Shown one piece after another: positions 39,804 through 49,147 of a stretch of DNA of 64,000 bases. Both the position numbers and the translations under genes were made by a program. A model generated the notes under the pieces. It was given only the letters and a program-made list of their open reading frames with translations, did not search any database and had not been told where the DNA came from. The stretch spans positions 15,999 to 79,998 of the forward strand of contig CAIMEH010000013.1 in NCBI GenBank assembly GCA_903839975.1, given 5' to 3'. How positions within the stretch are numbered: position 1 is the first letter of the stretch; each line of letters opens with the position of its first letter. Source of the stretch: an uncultured Candidatus Berkelbacteria bacterium. GTDB lineage: Bacteria; Patescibacteriota; UBA1384; 2-12-FULL-50-11.

Positions 39804-40928
39804 ATGCAAAAAGACAAATTTGGCCCTGAGACGATATACGAAATTTACGACCCAAAAATTGGCCTAGAAGCCTACCTGGTAATAGATAATACGGCGATGG
39901 GCGTGGGCAAGGGCGGAATTCGGATGACGCCTGATGTTTCGAAAGAAGAGGTCTTCCGGCTGGCTCGCACGATGACCTGGAAGAATGCCTTATTCGATCT
40001 GCCATTTGGCGGCGCCAAAGCCGGTATCAGATGGAACGGTGGCGACGAGGCCAAAAAGCGTGAAGCTGTGGAGAGCTTTGCCCGGGCAATCGAGCCGATT
40101 CTTGTTACCAGATATATTGCTGGTCCAGATGTGGCCACTGGAGAGGAACAGATGAAATGGATCGCCCAGACCGTCAATAATTTCAAAGCTACAACTGGAA
40201 AACCAAAAGATTTCTGTGAGGCTGGCCAGTGTGGCTTGCCACACGAACTTGGCTCGACTGGTTATGGCGTAGTTCAGTCGACACTTGAGGCTTTAAAGTT
40301 CCAAGGTATTGATCCAAAAGATGTTACTGTTGCTATTGAAGGTTTCGGTAATGTCGGAACATTTGCTTTCAAACACTTGTCTGAAGCTGGCGCCAAAATC
40401 GTAGCCGTATCAGATATTAAAGGCACGGCTTTTAACGAAAAAGGCTTAAAAATGGATGACCTCATCAAAGCCCAAAAAGAAAAAGGCTCGGTTAAGTTTG
40501 CCCAAGGTGCTACCGAAATGACGCACGATGAGATCTTTGGTCTGGAGGTGGACATTCTGATTCCGGCTGCCACAACTGACGTAATTAACGACTCAAACAA
40601 AGATGGCGTTAAGGCCAAGATTATTGTTGAAGGTGCAAACATCCCGATGACCGAATCAATTGAAAAAGAACTGGTCGCTAAAGGAATATTGATAATTCCC
40701 GACTTTGTCGCTAATGGTGGTGGGGTCATTTCTTCGTACTGTGAGCACGTTGGCAAGAAGCCTGAGGAGATGTTCGAGATTGTCAAAGAAAAGATTACCA
40801 CGGCCACTAGAGCGGTATTAGAGCGGGCCAAAAAGGACAACCGGACCTTGCGCGAGGTTGCTTACGACATCGCCCGGGAAAAAGTAGAAGTGGCTATGGA
40901 AAAACGTGCCACAACGTTCAATATTTAG
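39804..40928 (+). CDS. Glu/Leu/Phe/Val dehydrogenase family (glutamate dehydrogenase-like)
   Basis: Substrate-binding FGGAKAGI motif and NAD(P)-binding GFGNVG. Confidence 0.85.
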   Translation: MQKDKFGPETIYEIYDPKIGLEAYLVIDNTAMGVGKGGIRMTPDVSKEEVFRLARTMTWKNALFDLPFGGAKAGIRWNGGDEAKKREAVESFARAIEPILVTRYIAGPDVATGEEQMKWIAQTVNNFKATTGKPKDFCEAGQCGLPHELGSTGYGVVQSTLEALKFQGIDPKDVTVAIEGFGNVGTFAFKHLSEAGAKIVAVSDIKGTAFNEKGLKMDDLIKAQKEKGSVKFAQGATEMTHDEIFGLEVDILIPAATTDVINDSNKDGVKAKIIVEGANIPMTESIEKELVAKGILIIPDFVANGGGVISSYCEHVGKKPEEMFEIVKEKITTATRAVLERAKKDNRTLREVAYDIAREKVEVAMEKRATTFNI

Positions 40929-40972
40929 GCAAAAGACACTGTTGCTTGGAAATCTAGTATGCTGGAAAGAGC

Positions 40973-42382
40973 ATGCAACTTGTTGACCCAAGATCAAAAC
41001 ACGAGAGAATCGTTGAGCGGATTAGTATCCAAGTAAAAGCGGCTTACGATCAGAAAAAACCAGTCAAGATTTTTCATGGTGGTACACACTCAACGCGCCC
41101 GCAGCATTTTACCCGGGACAATACGGTAGATATTAGTGATTTAAATCAAGTAATAAATATTGATGTGGCTGGCCAGTTTGCCATCGTTGAACCAAACGTA
41201 CCGATGGATGCCTTAGTATCTGCAACGCTGCCATATGGTTTGGTTCCGGCGGTAATTATGGAGTTTCCTGGCATTACTGTTGGCGGTGGTGTTCAAGGCG
41301 GCGCCGGTGAGAGCAGCTCGTTCCGTTGGGGGCTATTCCACGAGATCTGCCACGAGTACGAATTAGTACTTGGCGACGGTACCGTAACCAAGGCTTCCGA
41401 GGAAGAAAATCATGATTTGTTTCACGCAAATGTTGGCTCGTACGGTTCGATGGATATTATTACCTCTGTCAAAATTTCTTTGATTCCAGCTAAGAAATAC
41501 GTCCGCTTAAAATACATTCCAACTGGCAATGTAGCCGAAGCGGTAAAAGCCATCCAGGAAAACGTTAAAGAGAACGTTGGCTTTGTCGACGCTATCCAAT
41601 TCAGCAAAGAAAAAGGTGTTGTCATGTCAGGTGACTTTTCTGATGAAGCCGATCTGCCAAAATCTCGTTTCCGCATGGCTTGGAACGCGTGGTTCTATCA
41701 GCACGCCAAAAAAGTTGTAAAGAAAGGTCAGCCTTACGAAGAACTAATTCCGATTCAGGATTATCTCTTCCGTTACGATCGAGGCGCATTCTGGGTTGGT
41801 GACTACGGCTTTGGCATTCTACACCTGCCGAATATATGGCTATTTAGATTCTTATTACACTCTTTGTTCACTACTCGGACGCTTTACCGATTCCTCCATG
41901 CTACTAATGCGTCCGGCCAGTATATCGTCCAAGATCTTTGCTTGCCCGAGGATTCAATAGTGCCGTTTGCTGCCATGAACGATGATTTGGCAAAAGTTTA
42001 TCCGCTCTGGCTCTGCCCGATTCGACCGGATGACGAGAATAAACTATCGCCGTCGTACATCAAGACAAAATTGGTGATCAACGTTGGTGTTTGGGGAAAA
42101 TATGTTGTTGATTCGGAAAAGTTTATCGAAACAAATAGGAAGATCGAGCAGCAGATCAAAGATTTAGGTGGCCGAAAAGTTTTGTACGCCCATGCGTATT
42201 ACACCGAGGATGAGTTCTGGTCGATCTACGACAAAGAGTGGTACGACAAAACGCGTAGGATAATTCACGCCAGCTCCACCTTCTATAATATTTACAACAC
42301 TGTTGTAGTGAAAGAGAAGATTCAGTCCTCTCGCCTAACTGGCCTGATGGGCTTAATCAAATCGCCGTTCAAGATTCAATAA
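40973..42382 (+). CDS. FAD-binding (PCMH-type) oxidoreductase
   Basis: FAD_binding_4-like N-domain (GITVGGGVQGGAGESSSFRWG); 469 aa. Confidence 0.65.
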   Translation: MQLVDPRSKHERIVERISIQVKAAYDQKKPVKIFHGGTHSTRPQHFTRDNTVDISDLNQVINIDVAGQFAIVEPNVPMDALVSATLPYGLVPAVIMEFPGITVGGGVQGGAGESSSFRWGLFHEICHEYELVLGDGTVTKASEEENHDLFHANVGSYGSMDIITSVKISLIPAKKYVRLKYIPTGNVAEAVKAIQENVKENVGFVDAIQFSKEKGVVMSGDFSDEADLPKSRFRMAWNAWFYQHAKKVVKKGQPYEELIPIQDYLFRYDRGAFWVGDYGFGILHLPNIWLFRFLLHSLFTTRTLYRFLHATNASGQYIVQDLCLPEDSIVPFAAMNDDLAKVYPLWLCPIRPDDENKLSPSYIKTKLVINVGVWGKYVVDSEKFIETNRKIEQQIKDLGGRKVLYAHAYYTEDEFWSIYDKEWYDKTRRIIHASSTFYNIYNTVVVKEKIQSSRLTGLMGLIKSPFKIQ

Positions 42383-42423
42383 TTTCTGTCTAATTTGTTG
42401 GTATTTGGTACGCTGAATGTAGC

Positions 42424-45093
42424 ATGCAAAAACCGTACGCGCTGCCAGCTTCGACAGTCCTGCGCGAGCTTGGCGCTGACAAGTTTCATGGCCTTAGTCG
42501 TAAGGAAGCCTTCAGGCGTCTGGCGATTCACGGTACCAACGAGTTGCGCCACAAAAACAAAGTCAGCTCGTGGGAAATATTTTGGCGACAGTGGGTGAGT
42601 CCGCTGGTCTGGATTTTACTGGTAGCGGCCATACTGGCGCTGCTTAAAAAAGAGTACGCCGATGCCGTTGTAGTGCTGGTTGTTATCTCAATTAACACAA
42701 TTATCGGTTGGGCGCAGGAGTATAAAGCCGAAAGAACCATCAGCAAGCTACGTTCAATTTTGGCGCCGATGGCGCGAGTGATTCGCGATTCTACAGAGCA
42801 GAAGATCGCCGCCACTTATCTGGTGCCGGGTGATATCGTGCTGCTGGAGGCTGGCGACAGAGTACCGGCGGATCTGCGAATAATTGAGTCAAGAAATTTA
42901 CGTATTAACCAAGCCTCGCTAACCGGCGAGTCGATTCCGGTGGAGAAAAAAGACGGCATCTTAGGTCCAAGTACAACTTTAGCCGAGCGTCACAACATGG
43001 CGTTTGCCTCGACCTTGGTTATTTCCGGAACCTCAGTGGCAATTGTTGTTGGCACCGGCGGCAACACCGAACTTGGCACAATAAGCCGAGAAGTCGCCCA
43101 GATTCAAGATAGGGAAACTGCCTTGATGACCGGAATCAAGAAACTTGGCCAATGGTTGTTGATTGCGGCGATTGTCTCCTCGGCTTTAGCGCTGGTGATT
43201 GGTCTGTACCGCGGCATCGCTTTAACAGACATGGTCAGCATCTCGATCTCGCTGTTGGTCTCGTTAATTCCAGAAGAGCTGCCGATAATTTTGACGGTGA
43301 TACTGTCGATCGCTCTGCTGCGAATTTTCAAACAGAAAGCGCTTATCAGAAACCTGCCGGCCTCTGAGACTTTGGGCAACGTCGATGTCATTTGCTTGGA
43401 TAAAACCGGCACTATCAGCGAAGGCACGATGACGGTCGAGAAAATATACGTGCCAGGTAGCGAGTACCAAGTTGAGGGTAAGGGTTACGGTTTATCCGGC
43501 AGTTTCAAAAAAGATGGTGCCAAAATTGACGTTACTAAATCCGGCGTGGCCAAAACTTTGCTTGAGCTAGCTTCGCTCTCGACCATGTCGACGATCTCCA
43601 AGGCCGATCTTCTGGCCGACCAAGCCAAGGCATTAACTGACCCAACAGAGACGGCGCTGGCAGTTGTCGCAGCTAAGGCAGGTTACTACGCTTTCCGTGA
43701 AGAGGGTCAGCATCCCGAGCTGCTGGAGATTCCATTTGACCAAGAGTTGCGTTTTTCTACCTCGGTTCACAAGTTTGGCACCGACAACCGCTATATCGCT
43801 AAGGGTGCAGCCGAGAAAATTCTGCAGCTTTCTACGCATTTCTTGGGTGACGGCGGCAAGAGCTACCGCATGATGCTGGAAACAAAAAATGATATTGAGA
43901 AACGAATTACCGATTACGCCAGGGCCGGCTATCGTGTGGTGGCCTTGGGCTATGCTGACCATTCCGCCAAAGAACCGATTAGCCCACACAACATTAAGGG
44001 CCTAACTTTTGTCGGGCTGTTTTGCATGGACGACCCAGTCAAGCCAGAGGCGGCCTTAGCCATCAAGCGAGCCGTGGCTGAAGGTTTGCGCCCGATAATG
44101 ATTACTGGCGATCATCTACTAACTGCTCACGCTGTGGCAATCAGAATTGGCTTGGATGCTTTGGGCAAAACAATTCATGCCAGCGAATTATCTCGGGTAA
44201 ATCTTAATGAAGTGGCGGTAATTGCTCGGGCTACGCCACACGACAAGTTGGCTATTATTGAACGACTGCAAAAGCACGGTTACGTGGTGGCAATGACCGG
44301 CGACGGTATCAACGACGCTCCAGCTTTGAAAAAGGCCGATATCGGCATTGCCATGGGCAAGGGTGGCACTGATGTGGCGGTTGAGGCGTCAGACATGGTG
44401 CTGCTTAACGACGGGCTAGATTCTATAACCGCGGCTGTCAAAGAAGGCCGACTGATTCAGGCCAATATGAGTAAAGTGGTCTTTAGCTTAGTTACGACCA
44501 GTATTGCCGAGGCTATCTTAATTATTGGCGCGCTCTTGGTTAATCTGCCAATTCCACTACTGGCTATTCAAATATTATTTATGAACTTGGTTACTGACGG
44601 TATCGGTTCACTTGGTTTGGTGGGCGAGCAGACGGAGGATAACTGTAAGAAGCCTATGGGCGCAGGGCTTATCAATTGGGCAATCGCTCGGCGGATGGCC
44701 TTATTGGGTGTGATTATGGCGACGGGAACGCTGTTGATTTTTAGGGCCTACTTGGGCAACGGCAATACTTATGCCGATACGGTCGCTTTTGTAACTATGA
44801 TAATTTTTGAGCTCAATGTTTTGATAAACGCTCGCTCAGATCGTAGGTCAATTTTCAGCGGCAAACTAAAGGCCAACTGGTGGTTGATCATGACGATATC
44901 CATTGCTGTACTTATCATGCTAGTTGCTGTTTATAGCGCCGTTGGCAACAAGTTGCTGGGTACTGTTCCGCTTAGCTTGGGGACACTAATTATCTGCGCC
45001 CTGGTGGCCGATTCGGTGATAGTTGTAGACGAACTTCGAAAGCTTATTGTCTCCGCCGCCCATGCCTGGGCAAAACGTGTAACAGCTGTTTGA
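42424..45093 (+). CDS. P-type cation-transporting ATPase (type II-like)
   Basis: Phosphorylation motif CLDKTGTIS, TGDGINDAPAL hinge motif and about 10 TM helices; 889 aa. Confidence 0.9.
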   Translation: MQKPYALPASTVLRELGADKFHGLSRKEAFRRLAIHGTNELRHKNKVSSWEIFWRQWVSPLVWILLVAAILALLKKEYADAVVVLVVISINTIIGWAQEYKAERTISKLRSILAPMARVIRDSTEQKIAATYLVPGDIVLLEAGDRVPADLRIIESRNLRINQASLTGESIPVEKKDGILGPSTTLAERHNMAFASTLVISGTSVAIVVGTGGNTELGTISREVAQIQDRETALMTGIKKLGQWLLIAAIVSSALALVIGLYRGIALTDMVSISISLLVSLIPEELPIILTVILSIALLRIFKQKALIRNLPASETLGNVDVICLDKTGTISEGTMTVEKIYVPGSEYQVEGKGYGLSGSFKKDGAKIDVTKSGVAKTLLELASLSTMSTISKADLLADQAKALTDPTETALAVVAAKAGYYAFREEGQHPELLEIPFDQELRFSTSVHKFGTDNRYIAKGAAEKILQLSTHFLGDGGKSYRMMLETKNDIEKRITDYARAGYRVVALGYADHSAKEPISPHNIKGLTFVGLFCMDDPVKPEAALAIKRAVAEGLRPIMITGDHLLTAHAVAIRIGLDALGKTIHASELSRVNLNEVAVIARATPHDKLAIIERLQKHGYVVAMTGDGINDAPALKKADIGIAMGKGGTDVAVEASDMVLLNDGLDSITAAVKEGRLIQANMSKVVFSLVTTSIAEAILIIGALLVNLPIPLLAIQILFMNLVTDGIGSLGLVGEQTEDNCKKPMGAGLINWAIARRMALLGVIMATGTLLIFRAYLGNGNTYADTVAFVTMIIFELNVLINARSDRRSIFSGKLKANWWLIMTISIAVLIMLVAVYSAVGNKLLGTVPLSLGTLIICALVADSVIVVDELRKLIVSAAHAWAKRVTAV

Positions 45094-45294
45094 ATATAAA
45101 TTCTTGAGCGAAAATCCCAGAAATTGTGATGTAACAGGCCGATTAGGCTTTGCAATTTCGCCTGGATTTTCTCCCCACGCCTGTGGCAGCGAGTGGGGGT
45201 AGGGTCGCAAGGGCCTAGGGGGCGACTTCGCAAATCAGCCCCCTGGCCTTTGCGGAATGGTGCGAAAACAGTAATAAAAATGTAATCTATTTCT

Positions 45295-45669
45295 ATGGGA
45301 AAAACATATAAAGTCCTGCTAGTTGAAGATAACGAACCAATCAGAACCATGTACAAGGAAGAATTCTTGCACTGTAATTTTGAGGTGGTGGAGGCCGAAG
45401 ACGGCGAGATAGCCGTGAATGCAGCAATTCAACATCTGCCAGATATTATTTTGCTTGACCTAATGTTGCCGAAACAGGGTGGCTTAAGCGTCTTAAAAAT
45501 ACTTCGTTCACATCCAGAGACAAAAGATACTCCCGTTGTTATTTTGACCGCTTTGCCAAACCCAGAGTATCAAGATGAAGCTGGCGATAAAGTTCAAGGA
45601 TATTTCTTGAAGATTCAGGTTAAGCCACGTGAGTTGGTCAACAAAGTCCGCTCGATGCTAGACGTGTAA
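45295..45669 (+). CDS. single-domain response regulator (CheY-like receiver)
   Basis: Receiver motifs LLVEDNEPIR...DIILLDLMLP...K (Asp pocket). Confidence 0.8.
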   Translation: MGKTYKVLLVEDNEPIRTMYKEEFLHCNFEVVEAEDGEIAVNAAIQHLPDIILLDLMLPKQGGLSVLKILRSHPETKDTPVVILTALPNPEYQDEAGDKVQGYFLKIQVKPRELVNKVRSMLDV

Positions 45670-45720
45670 TAAGCCTCGACTAATTTGTCCAATTTTAGTA
45701 AAATTACAGAAGTAATGTTT

Positions 45721-45794
45721 GGTCTCATCGTCTAGTGGCCTAGGACACTTGGTTCTCATCCAAGAGATCGCGGGTTCGACTCCCGCTGAGACCG
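45721..45794 (+). tRNA. tRNA-Glu (anticodon CTC)
   Basis: Acceptor ggtctca/tgagacc, 3-bp D-stem gtc/gac, anticodon stem cttgg/ccaag with loop ttCTCat, T-arm gcggg-ttcgact-cccgc. Confidence 0.85.
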
Positions 45795-45852
45795 CAATTA
45801 AGCTCCCTTTCAGCTTGGAGTATTACTCTTTCTCCAAGAAAGGTAAAAATAC

Positions 45853-46392
45853 ATGGAAGATAAAGAAGAAATGAAATCTGAAGGCGAACAGCCGGAAGAA
45901 AAAGCCAGTCAAGACAACCACGAACAGTGGCGCAAGGAGAAGTGGGAGAAATACCACATGTACCATCGCCATCGAACTTCGCGATTTGTTGCACTGACGT
46001 TAGTTGTGGTTGGTGGTGTAATTATTTTACTCGGTGCGTTTGCGGTCGGGCACAACATGGGCAACCGTCGAGCATTTGTTGGTGGTGCGACTTCTGAGCG
46101 CGGTGTAATTACCAATAATATGGTTGGTAATTTTGCTGGCCGAATGGGTGGCATGGGCGGCCGTCATATGGGCAGCTCAATTCTTGGCTCGGTTACAAAT
46201 ATCGGTGGAAATACCTTAACTGTTCATAACAGCAGCAAAGACTATACCGTTACCGTTTCAAGCACAACCTCGTTCTACAAACTCGGTGCCGTCTCTAGTC
46301 AATCAACATTGAAGACCGGAGACGTGATCGTGGTCTCTGGTACGCCAGACTCCAGCGGAAATATCACCGCTACAGCAATTAGTATTCAGTAA
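45853..46392 (+). CDS. hypothetical membrane-anchored protein with Gly/Met-rich region
   Basis: Charged N-terminus, one TM helix and a GGMGG repeat. Confidence 0.5.
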   Translation: MEDKEEMKSEGEQPEEKASQDNHEQWRKEKWEKYHMYHRHRTSRFVALTLVVVGGVIILLGAFAVGHNMGNRRAFVGGATSERGVITNNMVGNFAGRMGGMGGRHMGSSILGSVTNIGGNTLTVHNSSKDYTVTVSSTTSFYKLGAVSSQSTLKTGDVIVVSGTPDSSGNITATAISIQ

Positions 46393-46411
46393 TACTAGAA
46401 AGGATTTAAGG

Positions 46412-46449
46412 CAGCCATACGTCATATATGACGTATGGCTGTTTGTGTT
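46412..46449 (+). terminator. rho-independent terminator cagccatacgtcatat-atgacgtatggctg followed by a T-run; sequence-related to the terminator at 5441
   Basis: 30-bp perfect palindrome followed by tttgtgtt. Confidence 0.7.
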
Positions 46450-47135
46450 GACGACAACTAATTGCAGTAGCACAATGTGGCTAATGTATGACGCTCAAGC
46501 AAAGATGGCTGTTTTCTTCGGATGTATTATTTTGACAGTAATTATCGGCTGCGGAATTTATTTATTCAGAAATCCAGTTAACGCCATGCATATTATTCAG
46601 TCTTTTCATAAGTAAAATAAAAGCCCCGCAATCCAATCGAATGATTGTGCGGGGCGTGCGGATTTGGTTCGGACAGTTGACACAGCTGCCTAGCGGCTTA
46701 GCTCAGCCGGACCGTAAGACGAATTAGTCTTCGAGATCTGTTAGTTGATCGTCAAGCGACAGATCTGTTTTGACTGCTTGAACAATGCTGGCGTGCTGCC
46801 GGCGACGCGGTTTCGTGCTCGTATTAGATGCTCGAAGTCTTGCAGAAAGCCTTCGGTGCCTGGCTTTATCATCGCTGTCCTTGAGTTTTTCATATGGGCC
46901 CAAGTCGTTGAGCGCGGCAATAATGCTTAGTTTTGCTCTCTCCCCAATTGTGACGGTGATAAACTTTGCTTTCCTTCGCGTTACCGGTGTAGTAATGCGT
47001 CCCCTAGTAATCAAAGCTGAAACTGACATAGAATTTTCCTCCATGCGCTACCAATCTCATTGGCAGATTAGCAGATAATACCATTAAACCCCCGAATAAT
47101 CCACAGTTTCAAGCCCATTTCGGTATACTGGGTAT

Positions 47136-47879
47136 ATGGGATTGTTTTCACTTTTCGAAAAAAAAGTTGAATCGAAACAAGTTATCGAGCCTCTAGGCTT
47201 GGCTTTTGCCGACTGGCAGCTGGCCAGAGTTGTTGGCGACGAAACCAAATCCAAGCAGGTCCTGTCGATATTTCAGGCCACTTGTATCGACCCAAATAGC
47301 CTTCTGCAAGCCATTTTAGGGCGAGGCAAAAGTCGTGACGGCGCCAGGTTAATTAAAGACGAACCAATGTCGCTTTTGGGCGGTAAAAGAACAGTTGAAA
47401 TTGGTAACCATAAGATAGAGATTGTTATTGGCTTGCCGGAAGAAGTTGATAGTTATTTAACCGAAAATAACGGCCGTGAGGCCGAGCTGGCGCTGGAAAA
47501 CGGCTTTTTGCCGCTGATTGTAGCCGAGAGTTATAACGAAAAAACTAAACTTCAGTATTTGGGCACTTTGCTTTACGAACCGCAGGTTAACAAAAAGTAT
47601 TTCTTCGGCGAGAAAAAGTTTCTAAGCGTTCTGCCATCTGCCTTAATTGCCTATTACGTGGGCAAAACGGCCGAGTACCAGCCGATGGCGGTGGAGGCCG
47701 ATGAACTAATGAGCGGTACGCCACAACAGATTGAGCAGAAACTTAAAACGGTCTCAATTATCGGTTCGGCCAGCTTGCGTGATCGTCATCATATTCTGTC
47801 GCTGCTCCATAACGCCGGCAGCTTCAAATATCTCTCCACCAACTCCGCCGACGAAGGGCTCCAAAAAACCGACAGCTAG
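47136..47879 (+). CDS. hypothetical protein (247 aa)
   Basis: ORF upstream of hisS with no recognisable motif. Confidence 0.45.
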   Translation: MGLFSLFEKKVESKQVIEPLGLAFADWQLARVVGDETKSKQVLSIFQATCIDPNSLLQAILGRGKSRDGARLIKDEPMSLLGGKRTVEIGNHKIEIVIGLPEEVDSYLTENNGREAELALENGFLPLIVAESYNEKTKLQYLGTLLYEPQVNKKYFFGEKKFLSVLPSALIAYYVGKTAEYQPMAVEADELMSGTPQQIEQKLKTVSIIGSASLRDRHHILSLLHNAGSFKYLSTNSADEGLQKTDS

Positions 47880-47914
47880 TTTAATCGTTCGATCTCTTCA
47901 GGTAAAATAAAACG

Positions 47915-49147
47915 GTGATGGATAAAGAATTATTACAGCCACTTTCTGGATTTCGCGATTATTTAGGACCAACGAAAGTTAGGATTATTCGAGCACTTCA
48001 GGAAACTTTTGAGCAGTACGGTTATCAGGCATTGGAGACGCCGGCCCTTGAACGTCAGGAGATACTGCTAGGCAAATTGGGCGAGGAAGGCCAGAAACAA
48101 CTTTATTTATTCGAGGACAACGGCAAACGAAAAGTGGGTTTGCGCTACGATCTAACCGTGCCGCTAGCTCGTTTTGTTTCCTCGAATCTCGGCAATATAC
48201 CATTACCATTTAAGCGTTACGAAATCGGTAATGCATGGAGAGCCGAGAAAGCCCAGAAAGGCCGTTTTCGCCAGTTTACCCAGGCCGATATTGACGTTGT
48301 TGGGGCGCCAGAACCATCGAGCGAAATCGAACTATTCTCGCTAGTGGCAGCTGTCGCCAAAAAGCTCGGTCTAAAAATTATCTATCAAGTATCTGACCGA
48401 CGAGTTTTGGCAGAAATCATGGAAGCGCTGAAAATTCCTGAGGGCGAGCGAATGCCGCTAATGCGCTTGCTCGATAAAAAAGACAAAATTAGCTCCGAAG
48501 ATTTTAATGCCGAGTTGGTTAAACTTGGGCTCAGTGATATCGAACGTCGTCAGATCGCCAGTACTTTCTTGAATGAAAGAGCCGATATTGAAAAAATCGA
48601 GAAGCTAACCGGCAAACCGGAGTTATTTAATACTGTTCGCGCCCTTTTGGATTGGGCTAAAAACGAGGGAGTTGAGGCTGAGTTTACGCCGGGCATGGTT
48701 CGCGGTTTGGACTACTACACCGGTACGATCTTCGAGATTAAAGCGCCCGAGTACGACGGCGGCACCGTCGTGGCTGGCGGTCGTTTCGATTCGCTAGTAG
48801 AGCAGTTAACTGGTCAAAAAATTCCAGCCGTTGGTATCTCGTTTGGTGTTGATCGTCTGGCCGATTTATTACAGGATAAAGAACAGAACGAGACTTTATA
48901 CATTGTTCGCTTGCCTGAGACCGCTAACGAGCTCGATAACTGGGTTCGTCAGCTGCGTGCCGACGGCAAAGACGTGGAAGTTTACTTGGACGAAAATGTA
49001 GAGCTAGGCAAGCAGATTAAATACGCCGACAAGCGCGGTTACCAAAATATTTTAATACCGTTCGAGAACGAGTGGGCCCGTGGTCAGATCGTTAGAAAAA
49101 ATCTAAAATCAGGTGACCAAGAGAGTATTAACCGAGACAAAATCTAA
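47915..49147 (+). CDS. hisS: histidyl-tRNA synthetase
   Basis: Class II aaRS motifs: GFRDYLGP (motif 1), RYDLTVPLARF and the GGRFD motif 3 region. Confidence 0.85.
   Translation: MMDKELLQPLSGFRDYLGPTKVRIIRALQETFEQYGYQALETPALERQEILLGKLGEEGQKQLYLFEDNGKRKVGLRYDLTVPLARFVSSNLGNIPLPFKRYEIGNAWRAEKAQKGRFRQFTQADIDVVGAPEPSSEIELFSLVAAVAKKLGLKIIYQVSDRRVLAEIMEALKIPEGERMPLMRLLDKKDKISSEDFNAELVKLGLSDIERRQIASTFLNERADIEKIEKLTGKPELFNTVRALLDWAKNEGVEAEFTPGMVRGLDYYTGTIFEIKAPEYDGGTVVAGGRFDSLVEQLTGQKIPAVGISFGVDRLADLLQDKEQNETLYIVRLPETANELDNWVRQLRADGKDVEVYLDENVELGKQIKYADKRGYQNILIPFENEWARGQIVRKNLKSGDQESINRDKI

Noticed and set aside
46724-47078. Overlapping ORFs on both strands (106 aa minus; 61 and 97 aa plus) after a terminator
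   Set aside because: The ORFs are mutually exclusive, and none has an RBS or family similarity. No coding call was made. The region may be non-coding or hold one small basic protein.
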